From Betaproteobacteria bacterium (GTDB lineage: Bacteria > Pseudomonadota > Gammaproteobacteria > Burkholderiales > Casimicrobiaceae), in NCBI GenBank assembly GCA_013298145.1, contig JAAFJO010000009.1, positions 13,783-77,782 of the forward strand: DNA of 64,000 bases, given 5' to 3'. Under the pieces are notes generated by a model. That model did not search any database, was not told where the DNA came from, and saw only the letters and a list, made by a program, of their open reading frames with translations. Position numbers and translations under genes: made by a program. Of this stretch, positions 41,197 to 50,015 are shown piece by piece. Numbering within the stretch: the stretch's first letter is position 1; every line of letters starts with the position of its first letter.

Positions 41197-42153
41197 CTAC
41201 TTTGACTGTGAGTCGTAGTTTGCGTATTTATCAATCCAGGCGAACAAGTCACGCCACATGCGCTTCGTTTCTTCTGTGCTGACGGGATTGATTGCATGAG
41301 GCAATTCAACGGTGAGCACCGGCACGCCGCGGCTTCGACTTCCGAAATGGCCCAAGCTGCCGGGATAAATTCCCAAGCTGTCTAGAAAAATTGATCCGAT
41401 GCGCTCGGGCAGCGGCCCGCCGCCGTCGTAGTCGAGCACGCCCAGCGGTGCATGCACTGAGACCACCACAGTCGGCTTAAACGTTTCAATCACGCGCATG
41501 ATGTATTTCGTCTCAAATTCCGACGCTGCGGCGTGGCCGGGAAATCGGCGCGGGTCGCGCTTCGTTTTGTTCACCCACCAGCGATTAGCTTCGGGATTCC
41601 ATTGCGGCGTCGGGAAATTGCGATTCAGATCAACGCCACGACCGTTAGTGCGGGACGGCCTCGCGCCAAAGACGCCGTCCGGATTCACAATCGGCACGTG
41701 AAGCACGGAATGAGTTCGCTTCTCGGTCATTGGCGGCGCGAAGGCCGCCCACTTGAGAGAAAGCCAACCCGAGGTGAGCTCGTCGCCATGAACCGCGCCC
41801 AAGATGAGCACTCGTGTAGCGCTTTTGTCAGTCAGGGGAGCGCCGGTTCTAAGCGCAAAAATCGGGCGGCCCAGATGAGAGCGAGCCACTTCGACGCCCT
41901 GCGCGATGACGCCGTCGCAGGCGTCCCGCATGGGGACTTTAAGCAATCGGTAAAGCGAGCCGCACTGAGCGGTGAGCGTTTGTTTGTTCCCGGCATCAAA
42001 CGCGATAGGGACCATGTTTGTGGCGTCGAGTGCGCGCGAAGGCGTCTCAGCCGACGTCGCAACACCTTGGGCGCTACAAAAGCCCGCTACTACCACGCAG
42101 CTCACCAAGCGAGCCTTGGATTGCAACGCCCTACCCAGCGAAAACTTTCTCAC
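41197..42153 (-). CDS. M14-family zinc carboxypeptidase, MpaA-like (murein peptide amidase), probably exported
   Basis: Zn-binding and catalytic motifs are ILGAVHGDELTS, NPDG, GVDLNRNFP and VSVHAP. A hydrophobic signal-like segment (ARLVSCVVVAGFCSAQG) follows a candidate GTG 42153. The longest ORF extends to 42261, so the start is uncertain. Confidence 0.78.
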   Translation of the reverse strand: MRKFSLGRALQSKARLVSCVVVAGFCSAQGVATSAETPSRALDATNMVPIAFDAGNKQTLTAQCGSLYRLLKVPMRDACDGVIAQGVEVARSHLGRPIFALRTGAPLTDKSATRVLILGAVHGDELTSGWLSLKWAAFAPPMTEKRTHSVLHVPIVNPDGVFGARPSRTNGRGVDLNRNFPTPQWNPEANRWWVNKTKRDPRRFPGHAAASEFETKYIMRVIETFKPTVVVSVHAPLGVLDYDGGGPLPERIGSIFLDSLGIYPGSLGHFGSRSRGVPVLTVELPHAINPVSTEETKRMWRDLFAWIDKYANYDSQSK

Positions 42154-42315
42154 CAAACGCCCACCGATCACGTTGCAAATCCTATTGCTGGCCAATTTTT
42201 CTGCCCGCGAGTGTAGCGGCAAGCGCTGCTCTAAGCCGTTGTCGCAGAGGCAACCGCGCACAATCCTCGCAAACGGCTCGAAGGTGGGCGACCTTTAGCG
42301 GAACGCTGAAGAGAG

Positions 42316-43296
42316 CTACCGGAGCTTCTGAGCGCTCGGCGGTGCGCTGAACACCACGCGATCATCCACTGCGTAGAGTCGACAGCGCTGGCGCGATGAT
42401 CGTTCGCATGCGGCGATTGCCTCTTCGTTCGCCGCTCGATTGTTGCCTCGCCACGCTGCGAAGCGACGGTCTTCGCTGATCGCAAAGCCGCGCGGGAACG
42501 CTGCCTCAAGAAATTGGCGGTAGTCTCGCGCAATTGGTGCGCTCACACCTTTGGGCGGCTCCGCAAGCGTTGCGTAGCCGGTGGAAGGCCACTGCCGCTC
42601 GCGCGTGCCGAAACGAAGCTGGTCACGATCGGCGCTTTGGTACATCGCGGGTGATGTGATGATGCCTTGGCTAAGCGCATCGGTGGCAAGTCGCTCACAG
42701 CGCTGCGGACGTCGGCTCTCGCTACCCACGCAGTAGAAGGTGGTGACACCGTATTGACTGCGGGCCGCGTCGGGATAAAAGCGAACGTCACCCGCTCGCG
42801 TGGGAATGGCAGCCCAGCGCTCCACCAGCGCCCGATCCAAACCCTTGCCTGCAAATCGAAGCGTCCACTGGACAAGATCATGTTTAGCGACCGACTCGGT
42901 GTTGAGCTTGCCGAAGTCGTAGTGGCCATGAAATCCAACATACGTCATTGCGGCCGGGTAATCGCTCGCGAAACGTCGTTCGCGTCCACCAAGAAACAAA
43001 CGTGAGCAGGAAGAGACGCAATGCCCCGACACCACGGTGGTGAGTCCGCGCTCGCGAAACAATTCGCCCAAGCGGTAGCCCGTCCATGAGTTTCCGCCCA
43101 TCGAGTTGCGAAGCACGATCACCTGAATTTGGGGCGCGCGGTCGAGCGCATCCCTGACTCGCGCTAGATCCTGATAGACGATCTCCCCACTCAAAACAAG
43201 GGCGTCTCCCGCGCGGGCTAGCTGCATGGCCTGCGCGTTACGCACTGGGAGTAACCCAGCACAGAGCAAAACGTAGAGCACGCCTAAAATTCGCAC
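42316..43296 (-). CDS. Secreted hypothetical protein (N-terminal half weakly ClpP/COG3904-like)
   Basis: The ORF is open to 43854, but that extension runs antisense through ccmF. GTG 43296 gives M-RILGVLYVLLCAGLLPVRNAQA, a good signal peptide. An alternative ATG lies at 43227. The function is unknown. Confidence 0.45.
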   Translation of the reverse strand: MRILGVLYVLLCAGLLPVRNAQAMQLARAGDALVLSGEIVYQDLARVRDALDRAPQIQVIVLRNSMGGNSWTGYRLGELFRERGLTTVVSGHCVSSCSRLFLGGRERRFASDYPAAMTYVGFHGHYDFGKLNTESVAKHDLVQWTLRFAGKGLDRALVERWAAIPTRAGDVRFYPDAARSQYGVTTFYCVGSESRRPQRCERLATDALSQGIITSPAMYQSADRDQLRFGTRERQWPSTGYATLAEPPKGVSAPIARDYRQFLEAAFPRGFAISEDRRFAAWRGNNRAANEEAIAACERSSRQRCRLYAVDDRVVFSAPPSAQKLR

Positions 43297-43321
43297 AGCA
43301 GTATTTCTTTTCGTGAATTCG

Positions 43322-45310
43322 ATGATCGCAGAACTCGGCCACTTCGCATTGGTAATCGCATTATTGACTTGTTTCTTGCAAGCGGTCATCGCTGCGGGCG
43401 CAAACGTGTGGCGCGGGCGGGTACTGATCGAGTTTTCTCGGCAGGCGACGCTCGCGAGCTTCGTATTGGTTGGTATCTCCTTTGCTGCGCTCATGATGTC
43501 GTTCGCTAACGGCGATTTCAGCGTGTCAAACGTCGCGCAGAATTCCAATAGCCTTCTGCCCCTGCAGTATCGCTTGTCTGCGACTTGGGGCTCGCACGAA
43601 GGCTCGATGGTGTTGTGGGTGTTGATGTTGACAGGTTGGAGCGCGGCAGTCGCCGTGTTTTCGAAGCAGCTTCCGGATGTGTTGACCATGCGCGTACTTA
43701 CGGTGCTCGCTGCCATCACCACGGTATTCCTCGCGTTCACGCTTTTCACCTCGAATCCGTTCGAACGAATTGTTCCTGCGCCGGCCGATGGTCGCGATCT
43801 GAACCCGCTTTTGCAAGACCCGGGCATGATCTTCCATCCGCCGCTCTTGTACATGGGCTACGTTGGCTTCGCAGTCGCCTTTGCCTTTGCGATTGCCGCT
43901 TTATGGGGCGGGCGGCTTGATTCCACGTGGGCCCGATGGTCACGCCCCTGGACCATCGCGGCCTGGATTTTCCTGACCTTGGGGATCGCGCTGGGTAGTT
44001 TCTGGGCTTACTACGAGTTGGGCTGGGGCGGCTGGTGGTTCTGGGATCCGGTGGAAAACGCATCGTTCATGCCGTGGCTCGTGGGCACGGCGTTAATTCA
44101 CTCCTTGGCGGTTACCGAAAAACGAGCCGCATTCAAAGCTTGGACTGTGTTGCTCGCCATCACCGCTTTTTCACTTTCGCTACTAGGCACCTTCCTCGTG
44201 CGCTCGGGCGTGCTCACCAGCGTTCATGCTTTTGCAACAGACCCAAAACGCGGCGTATTTATCCTTGCGTTTTTGATTGCGATCATCGGCGGATCGCTCA
44301 CGCTGTATGCGCTTCGTGCGCCCAAGGTGAGCGAAGGCGGGCGCTTCGGCGTGCTCTCTCGTGAATCATTTTTGCTTGGGAACAACGTGTTGTTGGTGGT
44401 TGCCGCCGGCGCGGTGCTGCTCGGGACCTTGTACCCGCTCTTCGCCGACGCATTCGGCTTGGGCAAAGTGAGCGTAGGGGCGCCTTACTTTGAGATCGTG
44501 TTCGTACCGCTGATGTTGCCGCTCATCGCGTTGATGGCAATCGGCCCGCTCGCACGTTGGAAAGAAGACGATGCAAAGGAGACACGTTCAAGAATGCTTA
44601 TTCCTGCGGGCGTTGCGGCTGTTGGCTTCATCGCCTGCGCAGTATTGCCGGCGCGCTTCTCTATCCTTGCCTGCGTCGGAATTGCATTTGCCGCATGGCT
44701 CACTGCGGGGATTGTTGAGGGCTATCGTGATCGCCTTCGCCACGCGTCCGGCTTGGCTTCAACGGCCGCGAAATGGCGGCAAATCCCGATTGCGTATCAC
44801 GGCATGCAAATCGCTCACTTTGGCATCGCGGCATTCATTTTTGGAGTCACTGCCGTGAAGGCTTTCGAGAAAGAACATGACGTTGCGATGCTGCCAGGAC
44901 AGACCAAGCCTATCGCTGGATACGAGGTGAAATTCGTGGGCGTCACCGATGTTGTGGGGCCGAACTACAACGCGAAACAAGGTCGCTTTGAGCTCTCAAA
45001 GAATGGTGTCTTGGATAAAGTGTTGCGTCCTGAGCGCCGTCTCTACGCGTCGCAGCGGTCGATGCCAATGACCGAGGCGGCGATTGATCGCGAGTTTGAT
45101 CGCGATTTGTACGTTTCGCTCGGCGAGGAGATTGCCGCGAAAGATGGCGGCGGCTGGATTGTTCGCGTTCACTACAAGCCGTTTGTGAACTGGATTTGGT
45201 TGGGCTGCGTGATCATGTCGATTGGTGGGCTACTGGGTGCGCTTGATCCGCGCTATCGCAAAGCGCGTAGAGCCGCCGAGCTGCGCAGCGATGCGAAGGT
45301 GAGCGCGTGA
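43322..45310 (+). CDS. ccmF: Cytochrome c-type biogenesis protein CcmF/NrfE (haem lyase component)
   Basis: ATG 43322 (MIAELGHFALVIALL...). The WWD motif WGGWWFWDPVENASFMPWL is present, with many TM helices and about 660 aa. Confidence 0.93.
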   Translation: MIAELGHFALVIALLTCFLQAVIAAGANVWRGRVLIEFSRQATLASFVLVGISFAALMMSFANGDFSVSNVAQNSNSLLPLQYRLSATWGSHEGSMVLWVLMLTGWSAAVAVFSKQLPDVLTMRVLTVLAAITTVFLAFTLFTSNPFERIVPAPADGRDLNPLLQDPGMIFHPPLLYMGYVGFAVAFAFAIAALWGGRLDSTWARWSRPWTIAAWIFLTLGIALGSFWAYYELGWGGWWFWDPVENASFMPWLVGTALIHSLAVTEKRAAFKAWTVLLAITAFSLSLLGTFLVRSGVLTSVHAFATDPKRGVFILAFLIAIIGGSLTLYALRAPKVSEGGRFGVLSRESFLLGNNVLLVVAAGAVLLGTLYPLFADAFGLGKVSVGAPYFEIVFVPLMLPLIALMAIGPLARWKEDDAKETRSRMLIPAGVAAVGFIACAVLPARFSILACVGIAFAAWLTAGIVEGYRDRLRHASGLASTAAKWRQIPIAYHGMQIAHFGIAAFIFGVTAVKAFEKEHDVAMLPGQTKPIAGYEVKFVGVTDVVGPNYNAKQGRFELSKNGVLDKVLRPERRLYASQRSMPMTEAAIDREFDRDLYVSLGEEIAAKDGGGWIVRVHYKPFVNWIWLGCVIMSIGGLLGALDPRYRKARRAAELRSDAKVSA

Positions 45311-45843
45311 GTTTGTTCAAGCGGGGCGTGATCCACGTCAATCACGCGGTGATTGCGTCGCTTTGCTGGTTCAGTTCGATCGTTGCAAGCGTTGTGGTGA
45401 TGACTCATCCAGCGCTCGCGAGTAGCGCTGCCCCCGCGCTTGTGCAGGCGGCAGACCCCGCGCTCGAAGCGCGAGTGAAACAGCTCTCGGCTGAGTTGCG
45501 TTGCCTGGTCTGTCAGAACCAGAGTGTTGCCGACAGTGATGCGCCAGTCGCGCGAGACATGCGCGATCAAGTGCGCACGCAACTTGCTGCCGGGAAATCG
45601 GATGCTGAAGTGAAGCGCTACATGACCGAGCGTTTTGGCGATTTTGTGCTCTACCGACCGCCGTTGAAGCTCACCACGCTCGCGCTGTGGTTCGGGCCAT
45701 TCGTGGTGATGATTGTTGGCCTCTGGTACGGCTTGCGGCGCATTCGCATGCGCGGCGTAGCGACAGTGAAAAACACGCTGAGCGATGCGGATCGCGCGCG
45801 TGCGCGTGAATTGCTACAAAGCGGTCCGCCACACCGCTCATAG
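45307..45843 (+). CDS. ccmH: Cytochrome c-type biogenesis protein CcmH/NrfF
   Basis: The GTG start overlaps the ccmF stop. It has a signal peptide, the redox motif LRCLVCQNQSVADSDAPVA and a C-terminal TM anchor. Confidence 0.88.
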   Translation: MSLFKRGVIHVNHAVIASLCWFSSIVASVVVMTHPALASSAAPALVQAADPALEARVKQLSAELRCLVCQNQSVADSDAPVARDMRDQVRTQLAAGKSDAEVKRYMTERFGDFVLYRPPLKLTTLALWFGPFVVMIVGLWYGLRRIRMRGVATVKNTLSDADRARARELLQSGPPHRS

Positions 45844-45967
45844 CTTTTTACGGGCTACGAACGTTTTGTTCGGGCTAGAAACAATTTTTCTATTGCTCCG
45901 ATAAGCAAACTCATCATTCGCTAGCCCTGACGAAATGAGGCTTTTATATCTTGGGCTGTGTGTAAAA

Positions 45968-46399
45968 CTATTTGCGCGAACTTGCCCGCTTCTGCGACGC
46001 GCGTTTCGCCGCACTTTTGGCGAAGTTGCTTGATGCGGTCGCGGCTTTCGTCGCTGATTCGCCCATCGAGCGCAGCGAGGCGTAAGCATCGCGCTGCATT
46101 TCCATTGTTTTGATCGACATTTCGAGCGTTGAGAGCGAAAGTTTGAGCCAGCCCTCGACCGCTCGCATGTCTTTGATACGACGATCAATCTCCTCGGGGT
46201 CAATCGATTTCATGATCGATTGCGGATCGAGCGGAGCCGAAGTGAACGCGGCGAAAGGGTTTGCGAATCCGCCAGGCATGCCCGAACCTGGCATCCCGCC
46301 GCTCGCCACCCCAAAAGGGTTCGATGCGCCAGGCGTTGCCATCCACTTCTGCATCTGTTCGGCCCAGCCGGCCCAAGGTTCATTAGCGCTTTTCGACAT
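45968..46399 (-). CDS. PhaM-like polyhydroxyalkanoate granule-associated protein
   Basis: 143 aa. The central part IDRRIKDMRAVEGWLKLSLSTLEMSIKTMEMQRDAY resembles the conserved PhaM helix, and the C-terminus is Lys/Ala-rich (AKSAAKRASQKRASSRK). Confidence 0.65.
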   Translation of the reverse strand: MSKSANEPWAGWAEQMQKWMATPGASNPFGVASGGMPGSGMPGGFANPFAAFTSAPLDPQSIMKSIDPEEIDRRIKDMRAVEGWLKLSLSTLEMSIKTMEMQRDAYASLRSMGESATKAATASSNFAKSAAKRASQKRASSRK

Positions 46400-46632
46400 A
46401 TTCGCCTCTCAATGGCGTTACGGAAGAACGAGGTTTTGCATCCGGGTGCAAAGTGAATTCGAGCTGACTCAGAGTGCAGTTTTAAGCCATTTCAGTTGCC
46501 GTATGGGGAATACGGCGATACAGAATGGCAAGAAACGCGCGCCCCAAGGCGTCGGTATCACTTGCGTTTTGTAACGGAAAATCTCGGTTAGACTCAAAAG
46601 TATCGCTGAAACGCTCGTGGTGTGTCCCGCTC

Positions 46633-46902
46633 GTGGGTAAATTCATTTTTTGGATCGTTGTTTTCTTCCTAGTCCTGTTGGCGCTGCGCATGCTCTCGGC
46701 GCACAAGTCAAAGCGAGAGGCGCGTGAGGCTGAAGAGGAGCGCGCCGAGCGCGATCGCAAAAGCGGTCGGGACAGCACGCCGACTGATGACAACATGATT
46801 CGTTGCGCCAGTTGCGGTGTGTACATCCCCAAGCGCAGCTCGGTGCTGGGCAAGCTCGGCGCCACCTGCGGCAACGCAAGCTGTGAACGCTTGAAAGGCT
46901 AA
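46633..46902 (+). CDS. Small membrane-anchored Cys4 protein (PP0621-family-like)
   Basis: GTG 46633 gives an 89-aa product with an N-terminal TM helix (GKFIFWIVVFFLVLLAL), a charged linker and a C-terminal CASCGVYIP...ATCGNASC zinc-ribbon-like motif. It ends 3 nt before the sensor kinase gene. Confidence 0.62.
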   Translation: MGKFIFWIVVFFLVLLALRMLSAHKSKREAREAEEERAERDRKSGRDSTPTDDNMIRCASCGVYIPKRSSVLGKLGATCGNASCERLKG

Positions 46903-46905
46903 ACG

Positions 46906-48597
46906 ATGGCGGTGACTGGTCAACAGATTCGAAGCGCAGCACGCGGCGTTTCGCGGGATGCCGCACGCGCCAGCACGCGCGAATCCACGTCATGGCAGGG
47001 AAACGCAAAAACCTCCGAAGTCGATCAAACGGATTTGCGCCTGTTGCGCTTGCTCGCGCTTTACCGCGCGGTGGTCGGTGTGGCGTTAGCGGTGCTTGCA
47101 GCAGGCACGGACGCTCGCGTAGAAACCTACGCTGCGGCGTTTGCTTATGCGGCATGGGCGCTCGTAAGTCTTTTCACCTTCCAGCGATTTAAGGGACGGA
47201 TCCCTTCCCTGCTGCTAGTTCAACTCACCATCGATCTCGCCTTGATTGCGTTTGTGCTGATCACCACGCAAACGCGAATTACGGCCTATGCGGCCTACCT
47301 CTTCCCGATTGCCGCGGCGCACGGCTGGTTTTTCCGCAGCCGCATCGCGTTCGCCCACGCAGCGTTCGCAGCGATGGTGTTATTGGTCGCAGAGTGGTTT
47401 GTGCGCGATGTATCGGTGTCGGGTGTCACCCAAGCCGCGGTGGTGGGCGCCGGTTACTTTCTAATGACTGCGGTGGGCATGCTGCTCGGCGGTAGCGCTG
47501 CAAGCAGCGAAGAGCTCGCGATTTCGCGAAGTGAAGATATTCGACGCCTGGCGCAGGTCAACCAAATGGTAATTAGCGAGCTGAGCGATGGCGTCCTCGC
47601 GGTGAATGCCGATGGCCAGGTCATCATGTCAAACCCGCGCGCGCGACGCTGGCTGACGGGCGATGAAGCGACGATGCGTCCGCAGCTTCATATCGATGAT
47701 GTGTCGATCACGCTTTCCCAGCGCTGGCGAAGTTTCGTTCAGCACGGCTCAACGGTTGACGGGTCTCCAATCACTGTCAGCGTCGGGCCCCGCGGCGAAG
47801 GCGAAACCGGGATCGCAAAATCGAAAGTTCTGCTCCCACGGTTTATGCCGATTGACGTGCAGCAGGACGGCGGTACGATCATCTTTCTCGAAGACCTCGA
47901 TCAGGCGCAGGCTGAAGCACAACAGATCAAGTTGGCTGCGCTCGGCCGACTTTCTGCAAGCATTGCTCACGAAATCAGAAACCCGCTTTCGGCGATCAAG
48001 CAGGCGGCGCAACTGCTCGGAGAAGAAGTGCAAGGCTCCGAACAAGCGATGTCACTCTCGCGGATCATCGACAAGAACACCGAGCGCATTGATCGGATCG
48101 TTCGCGATGTGTCCCTGCTTGGCAGACGTGATCGCGGGACACCAGAGATGTTGTCGCTGCCGAACATGGCGAAAGAATGCATTCAGGAATTGATTCCGCA
48201 CATCAATGCACACGGTGGCTATCAGCTTTCGGCCACCAGCGATGTTTACGTGAAAGTGGATAAAAGTCATCTCGAAGAGATGCTCAACAATTTGCTTTCA
48301 AACGCGTGGCGGCATTCGCGAAAGAACCGGGGCAGCGTGCGCGTATCGGTGGGGTCGAATTTTGAAACGCAACGTGCGATCATCCAGGTGCATGACGATG
48401 GCGACGGTGTGCCCAAGAACGTGATCGACAAGATATTTGAGCCGTTTTTTAGTGGCAGTGGCAGCACCGGGCTCGGCTTGTATCTGGTGCGCGAACTAGC
48501 TCAAGCAGCCGGCGGAAACGTGCGGCTTGGACAATCAACCACGGGTGCGCGATTTGTTCTTGAGCTCCCGCTCGCCATCGTCAAAAACCCAGGATAG
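46906..48597 (+). CDS. Sensor histidine kinase (PilS/NtrB-like, multi-TM N-terminus)
   Basis: 563 aa with about 5 TM helices, a PAS-like segment, the H-box SASIAHEIRNPLSAI, and N/G boxes (LLSNAWRHS, DDGDGV, GSTGLGLYLV). Confidence 0.88.
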   Translation: MAVTGQQIRSAARGVSRDAARASTRESTSWQGNAKTSEVDQTDLRLLRLLALYRAVVGVALAVLAAGTDARVETYAAAFAYAAWALVSLFTFQRFKGRIPSLLLVQLTIDLALIAFVLITTQTRITAYAAYLFPIAAAHGWFFRSRIAFAHAAFAAMVLLVAEWFVRDVSVSGVTQAAVVGAGYFLMTAVGMLLGGSAASSEELAISRSEDIRRLAQVNQMVISELSDGVLAVNADGQVIMSNPRARRWLTGDEATMRPQLHIDDVSITLSQRWRSFVQHGSTVDGSPITVSVGPRGEGETGIAKSKVLLPRFMPIDVQQDGGTIIFLEDLDQAQAEAQQIKLAALGRLSASIAHEIRNPLSAIKQAAQLLGEEVQGSEQAMSLSRIIDKNTERIDRIVRDVSLLGRRDRGTPEMLSLPNMAKECIQELIPHINAHGGYQLSATSDVYVKVDKSHLEEMLNNLLSNAWRHSRKNRGSVRVSVGSNFETQRAIIQVHDDGDGVPKNVIDKIFEPFFSGSGSTGLGLYLVRELAQAAGGNVRLGQSTTGARFVLELPLAIVKNPG

Positions 48598-48608
48598 CGA
48601 TTTCAACT

Positions 48609-50015
48609 ATGGCAAAACGACTTGAAGCAACGCCACGCGTCCTCGTCATCGATGACGAGCCAGATCTCCTCACGCTAATGCGGCTCACGCTAACAAAGCT
48701 TGGGCTCGAAGTCATCACTGCGGATTCGTATGCCGAAGGGCTTGCTGCGCTGGAACGGGGAAGCTATTCGCTTTGCCTGACTGACATGCAACTTGGCGAT
48801 GGCACAGGCATCGATATCCTGGCGGCGATTCAAAGTAAGGGACTCGACCTACCCTGCGCCGTAATTACGGCATTTGGCAATGCAGACAACGCGGTTGCAG
48901 CCCTTAAGGCGGGCGCGTTTGACTACATCGCAAAGCCCGTTTCGCTTGACCAGCTTCGCACCCTGGTGAAGTCAGCGATTCGCGTGCCAGAGAAGGCGGC
49001 CTCGAAGGTGGCAGCAAATGCCGCGCAGATTCCATCAGATGAGAGCCCGTTGGTGGGCGAATCGGCGCAGATTGTGAATTTGCGCGCAATGTTGACCCGA
49101 TTGGCTAAATCCAACACGCCAATCCATATTCACGGCGAGTCGGGCACCGGCAAAGAGCTCGCGGCACGCATCCTCCACCAAAACGGATCGCGCGCCAACG
49201 GCCCGTTTGTCGCGGTGAACTGTGGCGCGATCCCCGAAACGCTGATGGAGAGCGAGTTTTTCGGCTATCGCAAGGGCGCGTTCACCGGCGCTGACAGCGA
49301 TCGAGACGGATTCTTTCAAACCGCGACAGGCGGAACCCTGTTCCTCGACGAGGTCGCAGATTTGCCGCTCACGCTGCAGGTGAAGTTGCTGCGCGTCATC
49401 CAGGAAAAACGGGTGCGAAAAGTGGGTTCAAGCGTCGAAGATGATGTGGATGTGCGAATCGTAAGTGCGACCCATAAAAATTTACAAGAGTTGGTGCAGA
49501 GCGGGAAATTTCGGCAGGATCTGTTTTATCGGCTGAACGTGCTGCAGGTAGCGATGCCGTCGCTGCGCGAGATCTCTAGCGACATCCCGGTGATTGCCCT
49601 CAGGATTTTGAGCAAGCTCTCTGGTAGCGGCGAATTTGTCCTCGAGCCGGACGCCGTGGTCGCGCTTGCTCGCTATGCCTTTCCGGGCAATGTCCGAGAA
49701 TTGGAAAATGTCTTGGAGCGTGCAATTGCACTCGCTGAGTTCCCGGGGCGCATTACAGCCTCGGACTTGCGCTTGACGGTCGACGCAAACCCTGTGCTTC
49801 GCGCTGCACAGTCGGATGCGGGCGGTGGTAGTGGCACACTGGCAGGCCGAGTCCCACTACAAGACTACCTGGATCGATGCGAACGCGAAACGCTCGAGCT
49901 CGCCCTCGCCCAAACACGCGACAACCGCACGCAGGCGGCAAAATTATTGGGCATTACGTTCCGCTCCATGCGCTATCGTCTTGAGCGACTGGGGATGCGC
50001 CTCGATGACGACTAA
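48609..50015 (+). CDS. Sigma-54-dependent response regulator (NtrC/PilR family)
   Basis: 468 aa. It has a receiver domain (VLVIDDEPD...DMQLGDG), an AAA+ domain with GESGTGKE and the GAFTGA motif, and a C-terminal Fis-type HTH. Confidence 0.93.
   Translation: MAKRLEATPRVLVIDDEPDLLTLMRLTLTKLGLEVITADSYAEGLAALERGSYSLCLTDMQLGDGTGIDILAAIQSKGLDLPCAVITAFGNADNAVAALKAGAFDYIAKPVSLDQLRTLVKSAIRVPEKAASKVAANAAQIPSDESPLVGESAQIVNLRAMLTRLAKSNTPIHIHGESGTGKELAARILHQNGSRANGPFVAVNCGAIPETLMESEFFGYRKGAFTGADSDRDGFFQTATGGTLFLDEVADLPLTLQVKLLRVIQEKRVRKVGSSVEDDVDVRIVSATHKNLQELVQSGKFRQDLFYRLNVLQVAMPSLREISSDIPVIALRILSKLSGSGEFVLEPDAVVALARYAFPGNVRELENVLERAIALAEFPGRITASDLRLTVDANPVLRAAQSDAGGGSGTLAGRVPLQDYLDRCERETLELALAQTRDNRTQAAKLLGITFRSMRYRLERLGMRLDDD

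Noticed and set aside
43297-43854. 186-codon N-terminal extension of ORF 42316-43854, running antisense through the start of ccmF.
   Set aside because: The extension has no recognisable features and overlaps the conserved ccmF N-terminus. An in-frame GTG at 43296 precedes a clean signal peptide, so the shorter gene is more plausible.
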